From positions 1 to 36,279 of IMG/VR virus record IMGVR_UViG_3300050331_000078: a DNA stretch of 36,279 bases. One strand, given 5' to 3'. This stretch comes from a virus. Its lineage: Duplodnaviria > Caudoviricetes. Position 1 is the first letter of the stretch. Each line of letters starts with the position of its first letter. Made by a program: the position numbers and the translations under genes. Positions 32,771 through 36,279 of the stretch are shown one piece after another. Under the pieces are notes generated by a model. That model was not told the origin of the DNA. It was given only the letters and a program-made list of their open reading frames with translations, and searched no databases.

Positions 32771-34843
32771 CTACCGGGCGGCCACCTCTTCGGTGCTGCT
32801 TCCTTTTTCGCGCGGGTCTGGCCCGTCTCCGTGCAGCCATTGCACGGTATCCATGTAGCTGGCTTCCTTCTTTTTCTGCTGAGGCTCCGGCAAGAAGTCC
32901 AGGTAGCTTTTCTGCGGCGCGGCGGGTACGGGCTCCGCGTTAATGTCGATGAAGTCGGCAATGGTTTTAACGGGGACGCATTCGCCTTCCACCACATTGC
33001 CGAGCTCTGCCTTCGCCTCGGCGATCTTCTGCTCGGCTTTCTTGATCTTCCCGTCGGCGCGGGCCTCGCGCAGTTGATCCATGCGTGGCACCGGGAAGGC
33101 GGCGCGCTTGTGCGCATCCCATCCGGCGGTGCAGACGAAAGTGCCGTCCATGCGCAGCACCCACACGCGCTCCGCGTTGTGCAGGTCGTAGCGCACGCGC
33201 ACCTCTTCGCCCTCGCGCAGCACGTCCACCAGCACGCGGTTGCTGTATTCGTTGCTGAACAGCGAGATCACGCCACGCTGCGGTGTGCGCCGCACCTCCG
33301 GCATCCACAGCACCGCCAGTTCCTCGTCGCTCGGGCCGCAGCCGTCGGCTGAGGGGTCGATGCGCCGGGCGTATTCCTGCATCGGCGTGCGGTCGTCCAG
33401 CTCGCGGTGCGCGTGCAGCCGGTTGTATTCGCCCTCCCAGCCGAGCACGCGCTCGCAGTCGTCCAGGAACTGCTGGAAGGTCGGCAGGATGCGCTCCCCG
33501 GAGCCGTCTTTCTTGTTCAGCGCGACCAGCATCTTGCGGGTCGCTTCCTTGTCCGACCCCTTCCAGATGCAGGTCGGGTATGTGCGCGCCAGCGGGATGG
33601 TGGTCACCTGCCACAGCCGCTCGATGATGTCCCGTCCCTGCGGGTTGCCGGGGATGCCGGTCTCGTGCGCGATGCCCTGTCGCGCCAGCGTGCCGTGTAC
33701 TGGGCAGTCGATGGACTTGCCGGTCTGGCCGGAGCCGTTGTCTGAGTAATAGATCAGCGGCCTGGCGCGGGTCTGCTGCTGCGCGTGGCGGAACGCGGCG
33801 GACACCGCCACCGTCGATTCGGCCAGATCGACCGACCATCCGACGATGCGCCGCGACACCCAATCCAGCACCACCGTCACCTCCGGGATGAACGGCTGGC
33901 CGTGGATCGGGTGCTGCACCTTGGCCTTGAAGCTATGCCCGTCGCCCACCCAGATGTCGTTCGTGTGGAACATCGACACGTCGCGCGCGATGTAGGGCTT
34001 GATGGCGCGCCATTCGCCGCCGGTCATGCGGCACCGGTACTTGATCATCACTGGCAGTTCCTTCTCGATGCGGTAGAAGGTGTCTTTCGCGGGGCAGGGC
34101 AGCGATTGCGCGGCAAACCAGCCCTGCGCGGCGCGCCATGCCTCGGAAACCGGCGGGCGCGCCGGGCGGCAAAAATGCAGCAAAAAGGCGTGGATGTGGA
34201 TCGGGTCATGCCCGCGCTTGGCCGGGGTGGACGGCACCAGATAGCGCGCCGCATCGCCCTCGCCGCGCCCCTGCAGGTAGGCGGCGTACATCTTCTGCAG
34301 ACGCGACACCAGCGATTCCAGCGTCTGCCCGCCCTTGCGCGGCTTGATGTAGGTGGTGTTCGATGCCTCGATCAGCTCGGGCCGGGCGATGCCGGCCAGC
34401 ACGCGCTCGGCTAGCTCGGTCATGGCGCGCTTGGCCGAGCAGTTCGACAGCACCGTCGCCGACTCGATGGCCTGGCACAACACCAGCGCCGCATCGCGGC
34501 GCGCCCGGTCGATGTCTTTCAGCTCCGCATCCGCCCTGGCGCGGCGGATCAGCCCGCGCTTGACCATCGCGCCGTCGGCGCGGAATGCCGCCTGCTTGCG
34601 TTCGACCGGGTGCGCGGCGGGTACGGCTGCCACGGCAAGCGCGGTGTCCAGATGCTTGGCCTGGATGGCTTCGCGCAGCTCTTTCGGTAGACTGGTAACC
34701 GCGTATTCGACGCCCTTGCCTCGCACTTTGGGGCGACATACCCACAAATTTTTTTTAGCTAACCGCATAATCGCGGAGTCAGTTGTAGGCAATTTCGGCA
34801 GCTTCATCGCCGCCAGTTCCTGCGCGGAGTAGTGGGTTTTCAT
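32771..34843 (-). CDS. DDE transposase (MuA-like, 690 aa); start revised to MKTHYS
   Basis: N-terminal Mu HTH (YSAQELA..LP), WVGDGH / YSDNGSG / IIERLW catalytic triad, VRVRYDLH C-terminal domain; ATGA overlap. Confidence 0.95.
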   Translation of the reverse strand: MKTHYSAQELAAMKLPKLPTTDSAIMRLAKKNLWVCRPKVRGKGVEYAVTSLPKELREAIQAKHLDTALAVAAVPAAHPVERKQAAFRADGAMVKRGLIRRARADAELKDIDRARRDAALVLCQAIESATVLSNCSAKRAMTELAERVLAGIARPELIEASNTTYIKPRKGGQTLESLVSRLQKMYAAYLQGRGEGDAARYLVPSTPAKRGHDPIHIHAFLLHFCRPARPPVSEAWRAAQGWFAAQSLPCPAKDTFYRIEKELPVMIKYRCRMTGGEWRAIKPYIARDVSMFHTNDIWVGDGHSFKAKVQHPIHGQPFIPEVTVVLDWVSRRIVGWSVDLAESTVAVSAAFRHAQQQTRARPLIYYSDNGSGQTGKSIDCPVHGTLARQGIAHETGIPGNPQGRDIIERLWQVTTIPLARTYPTCIWKGSDKEATRKMLVALNKKDGSGERILPTFQQFLDDCERVLGWEGEYNRLHAHRELDDRTPMQEYARRIDPSADGCGPSDEELAVLWMPEVRRTPQRGVISLFSNEYSNRVLVDVLREGEEVRVRYDLHNAERVWVLRMDGTFVCTAGWDAHKRAAFPVPRMDQLREARADGKIKKAEQKIAEAKAELGNVVEGECVPVKTIADFIDINAEPVPAAPQKSYLDFLPEPQQKKKEASYMDTVQWLHGDGPDPREKGSSTEEVAAR

Positions 34844-35178
34844 GCCAGCAGCCTTCCCGTATAGGAAGGATTTTCCGAACTCGCCATACACTTCATTTTT
34901 CCCTGATAGCCATTCATCCAGTGCTCTCTGAAACATTCGTCGTCTGCACCGATCAGGTACGGGCAGAACAGGATGCCGCGCTCGGCAGCGCGCCAGCCTT
35001 CTTCCCATGCCAGGTAGTTCCCGACCCCGTTCCACCAGCCGAGGTCGTAGTACTCGTCAACCCCTACCGGGTCGCCGACCTGGCCGCCTCTCGCCTCGAT
35101 GGCTCGGCTCCATCCTTCGTCGTATCCATCCCAGAACCGTTGCTCTTGTTGCTCTTCGGTCATTTCAATGGTGTTCAT
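34840..35178 (-). CDS. Rmf/CrpP-fold-like Trp-rich protein (112 aa)
   Basis: AWEEGWRAAERG..CPY..REHWMNGY resembles the Rmf pattern; GGAGG SD. Confidence 0.62.
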   Translation of the reverse strand: MNTIEMTEEQQEQRFWDGYDEGWSRAIEARGGQVGDPVGVDEYYDLGWWNGVGNYLAWEEGWRAAERGILFCPYLIGADDECFREHWMNGYQGKMKCMASSENPSYTGRLLA

Positions 35179-35267
35179 GCCGCGCCTCCGAATAGGTGAG
35201 GGTTCCGCCCCGGAGTAGAATGGCCGCGCGCCTCGCAAGCGCATCCATCAACCACAGGAGAACCCTC

Positions 35268-35453
35268 ATGAAAAACGATGTTTTGCTGGCTCACGCAGTT
35301 ACCCTCGCTTCCGCGTTCGTCGCCAATGGCGATATCCGGTGCGGCGGCAACACCAACGAAAATACCGCCGCGATGGACATGATTGGCGACTTGGTCACAT
35401 CTATTTACCGGACGCTTGAACGGACTCAGGCGCAACTTGAGTCTGGTGCGTAG
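35268..35453 (+). CDS. Small counter-oriented protein (61 aa), resembling the Ros/MucR N-terminal domain
   Basis: AGGAG SD at 35256-60; TAGAAT at 35216-21; TLASAFVANG..IGDLVTSIYRTL. Confidence 0.55.
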   Translation: MKNDVLLAHAVTLASAFVANGDIRCGGNTNENTAAMDMIGDLVTSIYRTLERTQAQLESGA

Positions 35454-35568
35454 CGGGTATGTAAACAGTGACGCCTTGCGGAGTGACCCTCAAGGCTTCA
35501 ACCAGCTTGGCGGCGGAGTGTGGGTAACGCTCCGCCCATCCCTGTAAAAATTTGGTGCTTTCATTCAT
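35401..35568 (-). CDS. Hypothetical protein (55 aa, MNESTK..)
   Basis: ATGA overlap with the upstream gene, GGAG SD; 3' end overlaps the + strand gene. Confidence 0.45.
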   Translation of the reverse strand: MNESTKFLQGWAERYPHSAAKLVEALRVTPQGVTVYIPATHQTQVAPESVQASGK

Positions 35569-36005
35569 TTCCGCTCTCCTTTCAGTTTGAACACCGCTTC
35601 CAGCGCCTTCTTGCGCTCGGCAAGTTCCTTCTCCTGCCGGTGCAAGTGCGCCCATTCCAGCAGGGTGGCATCCTCGCTGCTCACCGCCCTGCGCCCACCG
35701 CGCTTCTCGCAAAACAGCCCGAGCAGCACGTCTTCTTCCACCGCCGCATCGAATGCCATCGCCCGCGCCAGCGGGATTTCGCGGTCTGCGTGCGATTGGG
35801 CGGCGTAGCCGTTCAGCGTGGCCACGCCGATCTTTTCCCCGAGGTAGGTAGACATACGGCTGGCGATCTCCTCGCGGCTGATGCCGCGCTCCGCCGCCCG
35901 CTTCAGGGCGTCGCAAAGACGCGCCGTGATTTCCGTATGGCAGCCGAGCGAACCGGGACTGGTGGCGGCAGGTGCGAACAGGTCGAGGGTGCGCGGGTCA
36001 TTCAT
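35565..36005 (-). CDS. Putative DNA-binding early regulator (CII-like HTH)
   Basis: SREEIASRMSTYLGEKIGVATLNGY HTH-like; follows ner. Confidence 0.7.
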   Translation of the reverse strand: MNDPRTLDLFAPAATSPGSLGCHTEITARLCDALKRAAERGISREEIASRMSTYLGEKIGVATLNGYAAQSHADREIPLARAMAFDAAVEEDVLLGLFCEKRGGRRAVSSEDATLLEWAHLHRQEKELAERKKALEAVFKLKGERK

Positions 36006-36006
36006 G

Positions 36007-36279
36007 TCAGGCCTTGCCAGTTAAATTGACGTTGCGCCGGCGGCTGGAACCGTTAAACTGCGAATAGCGTGACGGCCAGATGGTTTCCGGTTTGATGCCC
36101 AGCGCGCGGCCGATGATCCGCTCCATCTTCGGGTAGGGTCGTTGCAGCGCCTGGGCGGCGGCATCCACCGACCTGTAGCCGTTGCTGATGGATAACCCCT
36201 TGAGGGTCAGGCCGCGCTTTTCCAGCGCCGCCTTGATGTCTGACTTGTGCCAGTCCTGTGTGGCTGGTTTTTTTGCCAT
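36007..36279 (-). CDS. ner: Ner/Nlp-family transcriptional regulator
   Basis: DWHKSDIKAALEKRGLTL..LS, RPYPKMERIIG.ALG.KPETIWPSRY. Confidence 0.93.
   Translation of the reverse strand: MAKKPATQDWHKSDIKAALEKRGLTLKGLSISNGYRSVDAAAQALQRPYPKMERIIGRALGIKPETIWPSRYSQFNGSSRRRNVNLTGKA

Larger units (their letters stand above)
1..36279 (-). mobile_element. Mu-like transposable prophage/phage (myovirus type); repressor and att ends outside the window
   Basis: Ner, DDE transposase, AAA transposition ATPase, Gam, GemA, Mor, portal, MuF, gpI, gpT, gp36/37, sheath, gpN, gpP and gp45-48 in Mu-like order. Confidence 0.97.

Noticed and set aside
32771-35035. Longest-ORF starts for MuA (35035), portal (20655), terL (21821), terS (22644) and fibre (2668)
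   Set aside because: The extensions overlap upstream genes; downstream starts have SD sequences or stop/start coupling and family-typical N-termini.

Overview
The window is a nearly complete Mu-like transposable (pro)phage with a contractile tail, GC-rich and probably from a proteobacterial host. Almost all genes are on the - strand. From right to left it carries ner, an early region (MuA DDE transposase, MuB ATPase, Gam, ASCH, GemA, Mor/C activator), a lipoprotein moron, amidase/holin lysis genes, terminases, portal, MuF, protease/scaffold, capsid, neck, sheath/tube/tape measure, baseplate, tail fibre, fibre chaperone and a Dam-family methyltransferase in the mom position. The repressor and att ends lie outside the window, and no gin or com gene is visible. 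The strongest candidate for a new system is a MuF protein with a C-terminal BECR-like nuclease extension and no immunity ORF. It is abutted tail-to-tail by a promoter-driven, ~103-nt structured, possibly pseudoknotted RNA on the opposite strand, a possible RNA antitoxin. Other notable items are a second antisense structured RNA upstream of dam, an ASCH protein ending in an FtsZ C-terminal peptide mimic, a capsid protein with an N-terminal membrane-like segment, a Gp49-family (putative Acb4-like) gene between the terminases, a 183-bp MITE with an 8-bp target duplication, and twin late promoters that appear to give leaderless mRNAs. Family assignments come from motif recognition and synteny, not database searches.
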